DNA from: Macrostomum lignano
Taxonomy: Eukaryota
Direction of reading: 5' to 3'
Assembly: GCA_002269645.1 (NCBI GenBank)
Contig: NIVC01002434.1
Location: forward strand, 1-64,000
Length of the DNA: 64,000 bases
Shown here: positions 23,801-36,903 of the stretch, piece after piece
Numbering within the stretch: the stretch's first letter is position 1
How the letters are laid out: every line of letters begins with the position of its first letter
Notes under the pieces: model-generated
Database searches by the model: none
What the model was told of the DNA's origin: nothing
Seen by the model: the letters and a program-made list of their open reading frames with translations, nothing else
Position numbers and translations under genes: made by a program

Positions 23801-26800
23801 ATTGTAATTATTTATAGTAATCTAAAAATAATTTCAGTTGCTATTTCAATACGGGACAGGTAAATGTGTTGAATTTTATCGGTGGCTGTGCTAAACTGCT
23901 TACACTGATGTATTTTTTGCCGGTGGTTTGAGATTTTTTAATTACTTTCCTAAGTCCTGCAGAATGTCTGCCGACCTCTCCCTTCCCCTCTCCCTTCCCC
24001 TCTCCCTTCCCCTCTCCCTTCCCCTTCCCTCTCCTTCCCTCTCCCTTCCCCTCTCCCTTCCCCTCTCCCTTCCCCTCTCCCTTCCCCTCTCCCTTCCCCT
24101 CTCCCTTCCCCTCCCTTCCCCTCTCCCTTCCCTCTCCCTTCCCCTCTCCCTTCCCCTCTCCCTTCCCCTCTCCCTTCCCCTCTCCCTTCCCCTCTCCCTT
24201 CCCCTCTCCCTTCCCCTCTCCCTTCCCCTCTCCCTTCCCTCTCCCTTCCCCTCTCCCTTCCCCTCTCCCTTCCCTCTCCCTTCCCCTCTCCCTTCCCCTC
24301 TCCCTTCCCCTCTCCCTTCCCCTCTCCCTTCCCCTCTCCCTTCCCCTCTCCCTTCCCCTCTCCCTTCCCCTCTCCCTTCCCCTCTCCCTTCCCCTCTCCC
24401 TTCCCCTCTCCTTCCCCTCTCCCTTCCCCTCTCCCTTCCCCTCTCCCTTCCCCTCTCCCTTCCCCTCTCCCTTCCCCTCTCCCTTCCCCTCTCCCTTCCC
24501 CTCTCCCTTCCCCTCTCCCTTCCCCTCTCCCTTCCCCTCTCCCTTCCCCTCTCCCTTCCCCTCTCCCTTCCCTCTCCCTTCCCCTCTCCCTTCCCTCTCC
24601 CTTCCCCTCTCCCTTCCCTCTCCCTTCCCCTCTCTCTTCCCTTCTCCCTTCCTTCCCCTCTCCCTTCCTTCCCCTCTCCCTTCCCCTCTCCCTTCCCCTC
24701 TCCCTTCCCCTCTCCCTTCCCTCTCCCCTTCCCCTCTCCCTTCCTTCCCCTCTCCCTTCCTTCCCCTCTCCCTTCCTTCCCCTCTCCCTTCCCCTCTCCC
24801 TTCCCCTCTCCCTTCCCCTCTCCCTTCCCCTCTCCCTTCCCCTCTCCCTTCCCCTCTCTCCCCTCTTCCCTCCCCTCTCCCCCCTCTCTCTTCCCCTCCT
24901 TTTCCGACTCCCTTCCCTCTCTCTTCCCCTCTCTCTTCTCACTTCCCCTCTTTCTTCCCCTGTCTCTTTCCCTCTCTCTCCCTCTCATTTCCCCTCTAAT
25001 GTTCGAGAACAAAATAGGGCGATTTTAAAACAATCCTGTACTAATGGTGTATCGCAAATTGAAAGTTGCTCTGGTTATAGAGGCTCATATAGCATATTAT
25101 ATTTATATATTGAATATTTAACTGCTATTAATGTTAGCTTTACGATAACAAGTATGCTTGAGTAAGCCTTAGCTAGTTTGCTTCGATTATGCCAGCTGTG
25201 ATAATTGGATCTTGCATACGAGTATGTGTATTACGCATTGATTTACTTTTCTATCAGGGGTGGACAGTCTAACGCCAATAGAGGCCAACTGCAGAGTGTA
25301 TTACGACAATTATAAGACTGGCTATTGCGCTGGCGGCATCATGGCAGTGGACGGTCGAGATGGCAGCGTGATCTGGTCGCAGTTTGTTCAGCACGAACCA
25401 TTTGCCCTGACCTGCGAGACCGATCTGAATAAAGATGGGCAGTCCGACTGCGTGCTAAGCGGCCGGGGTGGGGTGAGTTGGAGTCCTTTTCTCAGCTCTG
25501 GTTAGGCTCCGTAATGGAGTGTCTGTAAACTCAGTAATGGAGTGTCTGTAAACTCAGTACTGGAGTGACTGTAAACTCAGTAATGGAGTGACTGTAAACT
25601 TAGTAATGGAGTGACTGAACTCAGTAATGGAGTGTCTGTAAACTCAGTACTGGAGTGACTGTAAACTCAGTAATGGAGTGACTGTAAACTTAGTAATGGA
25701 GTGACTGAACTCAGTAATGGAGTGTCTGTAAACTCAGTAATGGAGTGTCTGTAAACTCAGTAATGGAGTGACTGTAAACTCAGTAATGGAGTGACTGTAA
25801 ACTTAGTAATGGAGTGACTCTAAACTCAGTAATGGAGTGACTGAACTCAGTAATGGAGTGTCTGTAAAGTCAGTAATGGAGTGACTGTAAAGTCAGTAAT
25901 GGAGTGACTGTAAACTCAGTAATGGAGTGACTCTAAACTCAGTAATGGAGTGACTGAACTCAGTAATGGAGTGTCTGTAAACTCAGTAATGGAGTGACTG
26001 TAAAGTCAGTAATGGAGTGACTGTAAACTCAGTAATGGAGTGACTGTAAACTCAGTAATGGAGTGACTGTAAACTTAGTAATGGAGTGACTCTAAACTCA
26101 GTTATGGAGTGACTGAACTCAGTAATGGAGTGACTGTAAACTCAGTAATGGAGTGACTGTATAGTCAGTAATGGAGTGACTGTAAACTCAGTAATGGAGT
26201 GACTGTAAACTTAGTAATGGAGTGACTGTAAACTCAGTAATGGAGTGATTCTAAACTCAGTTATGGAGTGACTCTAAACTCAGTAATGGAGTGACTGTAA
26301 ACTCAGTAATGGAGTGACTGTAAACTCAGTAATGGAGTGACTGAAGTCAGTAATGAAGTGACTGTAAACTCAGTACTGGAGTGACTGTAAACTCAGTAAT
26401 GGAGTGATTCTAAACTCAGTTATGGAGTGACTGTAAACTCAGTAATGGAGTGACTGTAAACTCAGTAATGGAGTGACTGTAAACTCAGTAATGGAGTGAT
26501 TCTAAACTCAGTTATGGAGTGACTCTAAACTCAGTAATAGAGTGACTCTAAACTCAGTTATGGAGTGACTGTAAACTCAGTAATGGAGTGATTCTAAACT
26601 CAGTTATGGAGTGACTGTAAACTCAGTAACGGAGTGATTCTAAACTCAGTTATGGAGTGACTGAGCTTGGTAATGGAGTGACTGAGCTCGTTAATGGAGT
26701 GACTCTGAGCTCGGTAATGGAGTGACTCTAAACTCGTTAATGGAGTGACTCTGAGCTCGGTAATGGAGTGACTCTAAACTCGTTAATGGAGTGACTCTGA

Positions 26801-27881
26801 GCTCGGTAATGGAGTGACTCTGAGCTCGGTAATGGAGTGACTCTGAGCTCGGTAATGGAGTGACTCTGAGCTCGGTAATGGAGTGACTCTGAGCTCGGTA
26901 ATGGAGTGACTCTAAACTCGTTAATGGAGTGACTCTGAGCTCGGTAATGGAGTGACTCTGAGCTCGGTAATGGATTGACTCTGAGCTCGGTAATGGAGTG
27001 ACTCTAAACTCGGTAATGGAGTGACTCTGAGCTCGTTAATGGAGTGACTCTGAGCTCGGTAATGGAGTGACTCTAAACTCGTTAATGGAGTGACTCTGAG
27101 CTCGGTAATGGAGTGACTCTAAACTCGTTAATGGAGTGACTCTGAGCTCGGTAATGGAGTGACTCTGAGCTCGGTAATGGAGTGACTCTGAGCTCGGTAA
27201 TGGAGTGACTCTGAGCTCGGTAATGGAGTGACTCTGAGCTCGGTAATGGAGTGACTCTAAACTCGTTAATGGAGTGACTCTGAGCTCGGTAATGGAGTGA
27301 CTCTGAGCTCGGTAATGGATTGACTCTGAGCTCGGTAATGGAGTGACTCTAAACTCGGTAATGGAGTGACTCTGAGCTCGGTATTGGAGTGACTCTGAGC
27401 TCGGTAATGGATTGACTCTGAGCTCGGTAATGGAGCGACTCTGAGCTCGGTAATGGATTGACTCTGAGCTCGGTAATGGAGTGACTCTAAACTCGGTAAT
27501 GGAGTGACTCTGAGCTCGGTAATGGAGTGACTAAGTTCTAAAGTATTAAGATAGGACTATTAGGTCAACTAGTATGTGTATTAAGCTAAATTATGGTATA
27601 GAAATCCCAATAATCGGCTTTCGCAAGATTTCTACATTTCATCATTTCAGTTGATGTCGGCTCACGATGGCCGCACTGGCCAGACAGTCTGGTCTTCAAA
27701 GCTTAATCGAGGCTACAAGAATTATTATACTGTGCAACCCGTTGGCGATTTGGATAACGACAAGGTTACGGATTTTGTTCAGGTGAGCTGAGCGGCTTGC
27801 GTCTAGTTGTAATAGTAGTTTAGCTAGTAGTAGTAGCAGCAGTTGCTACTAGTAGTAAAAGTAGTAGTACTTTTAGTTGTC

Positions 27882-27920
<39 letters not shown>

Positions 27921-27949
27921 TAGTAGTAGTAGTAGTAAAAGTAGTAGTA

Positions 27950-27991
<42 letters not shown>

Positions 27992-28004
27992 ATAGTAGTA
28001 GTAT

Positions 28005-28042
<38 letters not shown>

Positions 28043-28064
28043 ATAGTAGTAGTAGTAGTAGTAA

Positions 28065-28108
<44 letters not shown>

Positions 28109-28121
28109 ATAGTAGTAGTAT

Positions 28122-28153
<32 letters not shown>

Positions 28154-28166
28154 ATAGTAGTAGTAA

Positions 28167-28207
<41 letters not shown>

Positions 28208-28217
28208 ATAGTAGTAA

Positions 28218-28261
<44 letters not shown>

Positions 28262-29968
28262 AAAGTAGTAGCACTAAGGGCAATAGTACACGCATTACCA
28301 GTGGCTCTTATCGTTAGTTCCGCACCCCGCCACTCCGCACAGATTCACGGCGGCGATCCCAGGCCAACGCCGGAGGAAAAGAACCGACCGAAAGGCGAGC
28401 TGGTGCTGCTGTCTGGCGCCACTGGCACAAGGATACGCTGGAAGTACGTGCCTGACAAGCACGAGTCCTATTATTCGCCGCAGGTGATCAGCCTTGGTGA
28501 AGGCACCAAAGCCATTCTGTTTGGCACGGGTGGTGAGACTATTCCAGGCGCTTTGTACCTGCTGCGGCTGAGGACTTTCCTGCTGACTGGAGAGATCGAT
28601 AAGGTATGCATGCTGTTGGCCGCCTTGGCCGGGCATCTTGCCCATCTGACCTTAGTTGACTTAAATTGACAACTTGACCTCCAAAGTACTCGGTGCCCTG
28701 GTTGTATTTTGAATAATTCTGTGACCAAATTTAACCTTGGCTAATCCCAGAGACCAAACCTTCACCTCAACTGACTCCTGAGATCAAACTTCAGCTCAAG
28801 TGACCCTAGAGGCCAACCTTAACCTCAAATGACCCCTGAAGCCAAAATTCATCTCAAATGACCCCTGAGGCTAAACTTGACCTCGGATATCCTAGGAACT
28901 AAAAACGTGACCTCAAGTGACCTCTGGAATCCGAATCCCGGTAAATTTTTGCAGGCTAGAAAAATCTACTCAACCAAGGACAAAGGCATCATGACGCCGC
29001 CGGTTCTAGCCGATGTAAATCGCGATCGAGTTCACGACATTGTCATGGCAACCTTCAACGGGTCCGTGATCGCATTCGACGGAGTGACGTTCAAGAAGAT
29101 CTGGCAGACTGATTTTAAACACGGCGAAACCTACAGCACACCGGCTCCTGGCTACTATAATGACGACGATGTCCCGGACTTTTTTGTGCAATACAGCATC
29201 GGAATTGGCTATCCAATCTATTTCTATGCTAGGGTGAGCCTATATTGTGTAACTTTAACTAGCTCGAAATTTCACATTGTTAAAAAGTTTAATGAGCTGG
29301 AAACGTCACAAGCTGAAAGCTTCACATGAGATCCAATCTTCACAAGCTGGAAGCTTCACATGAGTTAATTTTTATATTTATTCAATAATTGCAGTACGCC
29401 ATTCTGGACGGTCGAACTGGCGAGATCATTATCGAACTGCCGTTCTCTTCCGTGTCGGTGATCACCTCGCCTCTGACCGTATCGTTTGAAGGAGCCGGCC
29501 ACGATGTATTTCTCTATTGGAAGAAGGACTGCTACCGGCACGAGGGACAGATAATGAAAAATCAGTTTTCCTACTGTAAGTACTGTAATAGCTCGCTTTT
29601 ATTTAAATTTTCATTGGCCATAAAATAAATATAATAATGACTTTACCTACTTCAAGTAGTATCGTTAGTATTTCTATAGGCTGTAAAAGTATGGTAAGAA
29701 AGTACAGTTTTCTGTCGTGGATGTTCTTGATCATGATGCCCTTAATTGCTTTTGTTATTCCGAAATCCATTCGGATTTCCAGCCTATCACCAGTCAGTGG
29801 CCAGTCACACTGAGTTCTGCCGTGCTCAGTTCAACACCACCTACGTAACTAAATTGCTGATGATTGGGCAGCACATCAAACCGCCAGGCATACTGCTCTA
29901 TCATAGTCGTGAGTTTTAATCATCATCTGCCTGGTGTCTGTCTGTCTGTCTGTCTGCCTGCCTCTCTC

Positions 29969-30039
<71 letters not shown>

Positions 30040-30084
30040 GCCTGCCTCTCTGTCTGTCTGTCTGTCTGTCTGCCTGCCTGCCTC

Positions 30085-30153
<69 letters not shown>

Positions 30154-30911
30154 GTCTGCCTATCTGTCTGTGTCTGTCTGTATGTCTGTCTGCCTGCCTC
30201 TCTGTCTGTCTGTCCGACTGCCTGTGTGTCTGTCTACCTCCAAACCCAACTCCATCCCCAGACCGCTACTTTCACGAGGAGAACCAGTACAACTTGGACT
30301 CTTGGCGCCGAGACGCCCAGCGCTATCTGCTGAACAGCGGCGCCGATCGCGACCTGTACGATGAATTCAACTCGTTCTTCAGTCAGGTCAGCAAGCTGTC
30401 CAACCACCAGTTCGATTCAACAGGCCCAGACGCAGTGCTTGGAGGAGCCGGTGGCGGCACCGCTGGTTTTGGCGACTACGGCAACATTCCAGAGTATGAA
30501 AACTCTTATCCCGAATATGTGAGTAGCATGTAGTAATTGAAATATGCTTCAGTAAATTTTCTAATTAGCATTAATATGTTTGATTTCGTTATTCTAATTT
30601 ATCTATAGACCAACAATCGAGATGGCAATGTAAGGCTGATGTTTTCTGTTAAATACGAGTAATTGGTGTTGATTTTGAATCGTTAGCTTGCTTGATCTTA
30701 TATAGCAGACATTGCCTGTTGGGGTTGGTTTCTGTTGGCTGTGCTTGCTGACTACTGATTTATAATGGTGATTGGTGATCAAATTCTTTGCCTGTTTAGT
30801 TTAGATTATTTCGACAGACACACAGACAGAAAGAGAGACAGACACTCAGCCAGACAGACAGACAGACACAGACAGACAGACACACATACACTATGAAAGA
30901 GAGAGACAGAC

Positions 30912-30985
<74 letters not shown>

Positions 30986-31039
30986 TCTAAGACAGACAGA
31001 CAGACAGACAGACAGACACACAGACACTATGATAGACAA

Positions 31040-31117
<78 letters not shown>

Positions 31118-31129
31118 TCTAAGACAGAC

Positions 31130-31203
<74 letters not shown>

Positions 31204-31215
31204 TCTAAGACAGAC

Positions 31216-31254
<39 letters not shown>

Positions 31255-31267
31255 CTATGATAGACAA

Positions 31268-31345
<78 letters not shown>

Positions 31346-31357
31346 TCTAAGACAGAC

Positions 31358-31400
<43 letters not shown>

Positions 31401-33997
31401 CACAGACACTATGATAGACAGACAGACAGACAGACACTAAGACAGACACAGACACTATGATAGACAGACAGACAGACACACAGACACTATGATAGACAGA
31501 CAGACAGACAGACACAGACACTATGACAGACAGACAGACAGACAGGCAGACAGACACTAAGACAAACAGACAGACAGAGGAACACTAAGACACAGACACA
31601 GTGAAGTCAATATGATTGCGCAACTTCACTCTCCAATTGGCTTGCAATCAAACAGGACACCGGCGCCAACAGTCGTTACGCTCTGCCGTCAGCCGCGCTG
31701 CCCCGCGCCCGACCAAAGCGGCACATCGGGCCGCACGACGGTCAGGGCAGCATGCGGGTGATCTCCACTGGCACTCTGGCGCCCTCCTTGCCTCCGGTTG
31801 GCCACAACGCGTCCAGCAGTATCGACGTTTTATTTACTATCTACGTTGGCGCCCCGGCGCCTAGCGCCACCGTTATGACGCCAGCGGAAGCGAAGTGCTT
31901 CGCCGATCTAATGGACAAAGAAGGCCAGCGGTTTGATAAGAATAGTGAGTTTGATTTAAGATTAAAAAGCGAATTAAAATTAGTAGTTTTTCATCAGGAA
32001 TAGATTGATTGTGCAGGTTTAGTCATTGAACCGAAAGTAGTCTGAGTCGGGTTTTTTTACTAAAAGTAGTACGAAACGACAGTCATTTTTTTCTTTACTG
32101 AAAGTCTAAGACAATTTTTACAGGAAGTAGTCTGAGGCGGTTTTTAACTGGAAGTAGTCTGAGGCGTTTTTTTAGTAAATCGTATGAGACGGTTTTTTAC
32201 TGAAAGTACTCTGTGGCGTTTTTTACTAGAAGTAGTCTTAGGCGGTTATTTACTGAAAGTAGTCTGAGGCGGTTTTTACTGAAAGTAGTCTGAGGCGGTT
32301 TTTACTGAAAGTAGTCTGAGGCGGTTTTTACTGAAAGTAGTCTGGGGCGGTTTTTACTGAAAGTAGTCTGAGGCGGTTTTTACTGAAAGTAGTCTGAGGC
32401 GGTTTTTACTGAAAGTAGTCTGGGGCGGTTTTACTGGAAGTAGTCTTAGGCGGTTATTTACTGAAAGTAGTCTGAGGCGGTTTTTACTGAAGGTAGTCTG
32501 AGGCGGTTTTTACTGAAAGTAGTCTGGGGCGGTTTTACTGGAAGTAGTCTGAGGCGGTTTTTACTGAAAGTAGTCTGGGACGGTTTTTACTGAAAGTAGT
32601 CTGGGACGGTTTTTACTGAAGGTAGTCTGGGACGGTTTTTACTAAAAATAGTATGAGACGATTTTTTTACTGAAAATAGTCTTAAAGGCGTTTTACTGAA
32701 AGTTGTATGTGACGGATAATATTTTGCACCTGTACAGGCGAGTTTTACGGCTATGACACCGATCGCTACCGTGACTACGCCAGCAAGCAGTGCGCCAGGC
32801 ACTACGGTAGCGTTGAAAATTTTCGCAAAATTCTTGACGGTTTAACAACTTCGTCGGATTATTTCGGTTTAAACTATCTGCAGCTGACCCTGTACAGGTG
32901 AGTCTGTTCTTTGTTATTTAACAAACCAAATCTTGTATCGGCTTTGGCTTTGGTTCTCGGATTCTAGTCTATGTCCATGCTTTTAACTGCATCTAAATTG
33001 TCCAAATGAAACGTCATTTTTACGCTTCAATTGAGCATTGAATGGTCACCTGTAGACTGTCACCTGTAGATTGTCATCTGTAGCTTGTCACCTGTAGCTT
33101 GTCACCTGTAGCTTGTCACCTGTAGATTGTCACCTGTAGATTGTCATCTGTAGCTTGTCACCTGTAGATTGTCACCTGTAGATTGTCACCTGTAGATTGT
33201 CACCTGGATATTGTCACATGTAGATTGTCACCTGTAGATTGTCACCTGTAGATTGTCACCTGTAGATTGTCACATGTAGATTGTCACCTGTAGATTGTTA
33301 TCTGTAGATTGTCACCTGTATGTTGTCATCTGTAGATTGTCATCTGTAGATTGTCACCTGTAGATTGTCACCTGTATATTTTCACCTGTAGCTTGTCACC
33401 TGTAGCTTGTCACCTGTAGCTTGTCAGTGTTGTCACCTGTAGATTGTCATCTGTAGATTGTCATCTGTAGATTGTCACCTGTAGGTTGTCACCTGTAGCT
33501 TGTCACCTGTAGCTTGTCATCGGTAGCTTGTCACCTGTAGATTGTCACCTGTAGGTTGTCACCTGTAGATTGTCACCTGTAGATTGTCATCTGTAGCTTG
33601 TCACCTGTAGCTTGTCACTTGTAGATTGTCACCTGTAGATTGTCACCTGTAGGTTGTCACCTGTAGATTGTCACCTGTAGATTGTCACCTGTAGATTGTC
33701 ACCTGTAGATTGTCACCTGTAGATTGTCACCTGTAGATTGTCACCTGTAGATTGTCACCTGTAGATTGTCACCTGTATATTGTCACCTGTAGCTTGTCAT
33801 CTGTAGCTTGTCACCTGTAGCTTGTCACGTAGCTGTTTATTTAATTGAATCCCTAATACTTAAAAAACCTCAGGAAACGGATCACCTGCCACTGCAACAG
33901 ATCTCAGCCCTGTCTGCATATTCTACCGTTCGAGAAGCAGCGCTGGGGCTCCTATTTGGGCAATCACGCAGACGCTTATATGCGAAATCCTATCTGA
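20862..33997 (+). CDS. FAM234: FAM234/ITFG3-like type II membrane protein with FG-GAP-like beta-propeller, 926 aa; exons 20862-21056, 21687-22248, 25258-25472, 27651-27782, 28343-28603, 28955-29233, 29395-29575, 29783-29908, 30262-30518, 31656-31944, 32738-32897, 33874-33997
   Basis: All 11 introns are GT-AG with compatible phases; exon lengths sum to 2781 nt (927 codons incl. TGA). Acidic cytosolic N-terminus, one TM segment ([28 protein letters not shown]), then repeated Ca-binding-like loops [49 protein letters not shown]. Motifs [27 protein letters not shown] and ETYSTPAPG are typical of FAM234-family proteins. A vs B paralogue cannot be assigned. Confidence 0.85.
22410..23450. repeat. 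23-bp minisatellite (AAACCAATTAGAGAATCGCCCCT)n, FAM234 intron 2
   Basis: Directly visible. Confidence 0.92.
23955..24990. repeat. (TCCCTTCCCCTC)n polypyrimidine array, FAM234 intron 2
   Basis: Directly visible. Confidence 0.95.
25510..27535. repeat. 23-bp minisatellite (GTAATGGAGTGACT-GTAAACTCA/CTGAGCTCG)n, FAM234 intron 3
   Basis: Directly visible; two unit types in separate blocks. Confidence 0.95.
27805..28270. repeat. (AGT)n microsatellite, FAM234 intron 4
   Basis: Directly visible. Confidence 0.97.
29932..30235. repeat. (TCTG)n microsatellite, FAM234 intron 8
   Basis: Directly visible. Confidence 0.95.
30815..31600. repeat. (AGAC)n microsatellite with higher-order interruptions, FAM234 intron 9
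   Basis: Directly visible. Confidence 0.95.
32130..32700. repeat. 26-bp minisatellite (GAAAGTAGTCTGAGGCGGTTTTTACT)n, FAM234 intron 10
   Basis: Directly visible. Confidence 0.92.
33050..33828. repeat. 14-bp minisatellite (TGTCACCTGTAGAT)n, FAM234 intron 11
   Basis: Directly visible. Confidence 0.95.
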
Positions 33998-34252
33998 GCA
34001 TTAAATATGCAATTTTCAGTTACATATTCGTCATTCGATGTGTCTTTTACGACTCAATATGAATTATCTTTTGTGTTTCCGTGTGTGTTTTTTCTTCCTT
34101 TGTTATTATTGGCTCGATTAGTTATAGATTCTTATAATCTTGATGGTCAGTTTTTTAAGCAGATATCATAATATTATGTACGTATATTATAGCACACTTT
34201 GTGATTTTGTTCGTGTCTTCTTAAACCTTGTGTTTTCGAACAGCCGTTTTTC

Positions 34253-34348
34253 GATAATTATGACCCAGGTCATTGATGGGTTACAGGATAATTATGACCC
34301 AGGTCATTGGCAGGTTACAGGATGATTATGACCCAGGTCATTGATGGG
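34253..34348. repeat. 34-bp unit x3 containing palindrome ATGACC-CA-GGTCAT, downstream of the FAM234 stop
   Basis: Units start at 34253, 34287 and 34321. Confidence 0.85.
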
Positions 34349-34954
34349 TTTCACAAAATTTTATTGTTATGGTGAATACTAGATCGTAAATAAAATGTAC
34401 TTTTGAAAAAATTCCAAAAAGTGAATGTTGTTGTCAAAACAAAACTTCCTATATTAGCCCTTCCACGTATTGTCTATGGCTTGTGCGACTCAAGTTTCTA
34501 TACTGTTGTCATATATCAGCAATGACAAAGTGATCTTTGAAGATTTTTTTATTGAATTCCATTTCACCATGTCATAAATTTCTTTTTTTTTTCTCTTCAT
34601 TGTTGTTCGTACATAGCTTACGTGTATTTACAAGATTGTTTTCTGTCGCGTTTTAAATAAACAATATATTCCCCACTGTTATATTTTGTTGTTCTGTTTG
34701 CATTTACATTCCTGTTTAACTGATATTATTGTTATACTCATTCGTGTTTTATCGGTATGGTAATTTTTTGCTTTTCAATTTTTTTTGTTTTCCTTTTTAG
34801 TGTTTCCACAGCTAATGACAGTAGCTTAAGAGCATGATGGATTATTGTGTTTGTTCCTTCGAATTTTTATTTATTGTCTTTGTTCGAGACTTGTGCATTC
34901 TTATCCAACTCAGCTATGGGACATTCATTACCTGACATTAACGAGAACCTAAAC

Positions 34955-35555
34955 TCAGTGTCTGGGCCAGCCTCCCAGATCCTCAGTTGCTGGGCCAGCC
35001 TCCCAGATCCTCAGTTGCTGGGTCAGCCTCCCAGATCCTCAGTTGCTGGGCCAGCCTCCCAGATCCTCAGTTGCTGGGCCTGCCTCCCAGATCCTCCTTT
35101 GCTGGGTCAGCATGCCAGATCCTCAGTTGCTGGGCCAGCCTCCCAGATCCCCAGTTGCTGGGCCAGCCTCCCAGATCCTCAGTTGCTGGGCCAGCCTCCC
35201 AGATCCTCAGTTGCTGGGCCAGCCTCCCAGATCGTCAGTTGCTGGGCCAGCCTCCCAGATCGTCAGTTGCTGGGCCAGCCTCCCAGATCGTCAGTTGCTG
35301 GGCCAGCCTCCCAGATCGTCAGTTGCTGGGCCAGCCTCCCAGATCGTCAGTTGCTGGGCCAGCCTCCCAGATCGTCAGTTGCTGGGCCAGCCTCCCAGAT
35401 CGTCAGTTGCTGGGCCAGCCTCCCAGATCCTCAGTTGCTGGGCCAGCCTCCTATTCCCTCAGTGTCTGGGCCAGCCTCCCAGATCCTCAGTTGCTGGGCC
35501 AGCCTCCTATTCCCTCAGTTGCTGGGCCAGCCTCCCAGATCCTCAGTTACTGGGC
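34955..35555 (+). repeat. 28-bp minisatellite (CTGGGCCAGCCTCCCAGATCCTCAGTTG)n, family also at 47562-47752 and 53113-53588
   Basis: Directly visible. Confidence 0.95.
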
Positions 35556-36050
35556 AGTTGATTCTCCTATCAGCATAAGCTCTTTTAACCACTCCTGTTA
35601 TTCAATGCTTTTAGCAACAAAATTTATCAGTTTGTTTTCATTGCCACTTAAGTCGGTGTTTGTTCACTGCTTGATTAGCGCTGTGTGATGAATAATCGGT
35701 CATCTCTGTTGTCTTATTGCCCATTTTTTGTTAAATCGTCTTTCAGCGTCCTGTCAGTCTAGTTTTATGTTTGCTGTTTGTCCGGCTGAACCGAATAGTG
35801 AAAGATGATAATTTTGTGAATTCGTGTTATCTTGATATGGTTTCGGCTTGACAGTTTGTGTTGTTAATGAATAATCTTTGAACACTTAATACATGTTGGC
35901 TGTTCTAGAAATGACTAAGTTTTTGTAGCTGGTGATTTAAGTATGCTTATAATACCGGATATCCCCTCTTATTTTTATGTCTGTTCCCGTTTTTTGTCAA
36001 GATGTTTATTATAATAATTGATTTACACCTGCCACTAATTTATTATACTG

Positions 36051-36260
36051 GGGGTTCTAGCCTAGTGGTGAGAACGTCGGACTTACAACTTGAAGGTCGG
36101 GCGTTCGATTCCCGATTCCACTGGGAACAATTTGTGTCTGGGGTAATTGAGGGTGTGTGGCGAACCCCCCCCCCCCAGTCCTTGGACTGAACAAGCTGCG
36201 GCTGAGCTGTCGGTTGCACATCTGGCCCAATTGGGGCAGGTGTAATCAATTATTAATATT
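36051..36260 (+). mobile_element. Same SINE family, internally deleted copy (lacks most of the central domain)
   Basis: The head ggggttctagcctagtgg..gttcgattccc and tail ggggtaattgagggtgtg..gcacatctggcccaattggggcaggtg match 3001-3297. Confidence 0.8.
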
Positions 36261-36903
36261 ATACTACTGTTAGTAACTAGATATGTATACAAATGTGGAT
36301 CGTAATTGTTTATTTTATTTTAAAGTTGTCGCCAGTAATTTCGAATTGTGAATGATAATGATATTTATTAAATATTACTGTGCATTAACGACCGCACGTT
36401 ATTTCTTGCGCCTGTCTGCTTGTGTGTTTTTTCTTTCCTCCAATCTTTTATCTTATTATCTATTCCTCTGTTTCGTTGGCCACCATCTCTGATGTGAAAT
36501 AATTTTCTAATAAAAAAGCGCACAAAAATAATGTCACAGAACGGCAATTAATGTTTATATTGACTGTTGTTTTGTGCTTTTACTGTTGTTTGTGGAGTCC
36601 TTGATTTTGGAGTTAGCAGCTGAATTATCTATCAAAGATCTTTTATTTATTATTGATCTATATTTTATTGTTTTCGTGTTCGATCTATTCAAAATACAAC
36701 TGAAATAATATTGATCATTTTTGTGTCCGATTCTGTGTTTATTTTGTTGTCTTCTTTTGCTGCCTCAATTTCTGTCTTTAGGGTTAAGTTTATTCACAAA
36801 TCGCAATCCAGAGAGTATTCAGTGTTCTAGTAGTATTAAATCTGAAAGTAGTATTAAATGCTTGAACGATTTCATGCATGCTATAAACTCTAAACAGCTC
36901 AAA

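Noticed and set aside
25510-27535. CRISPR-like regular repeats (also 8812-10300 and 42105-43220)
   Set aside because: Units are directly tandem with no unique spacers, there are no cas genes, and the context is a spliced eukaryotic locus.
23928-28342. Poly-S, poly-V, poly-L and ERGR ORFs
   Set aside because: These are intronic microsatellite or low-complexity translations. Only 28343-28603 of the 27914..28669 ORF is a real FAM234 exon.
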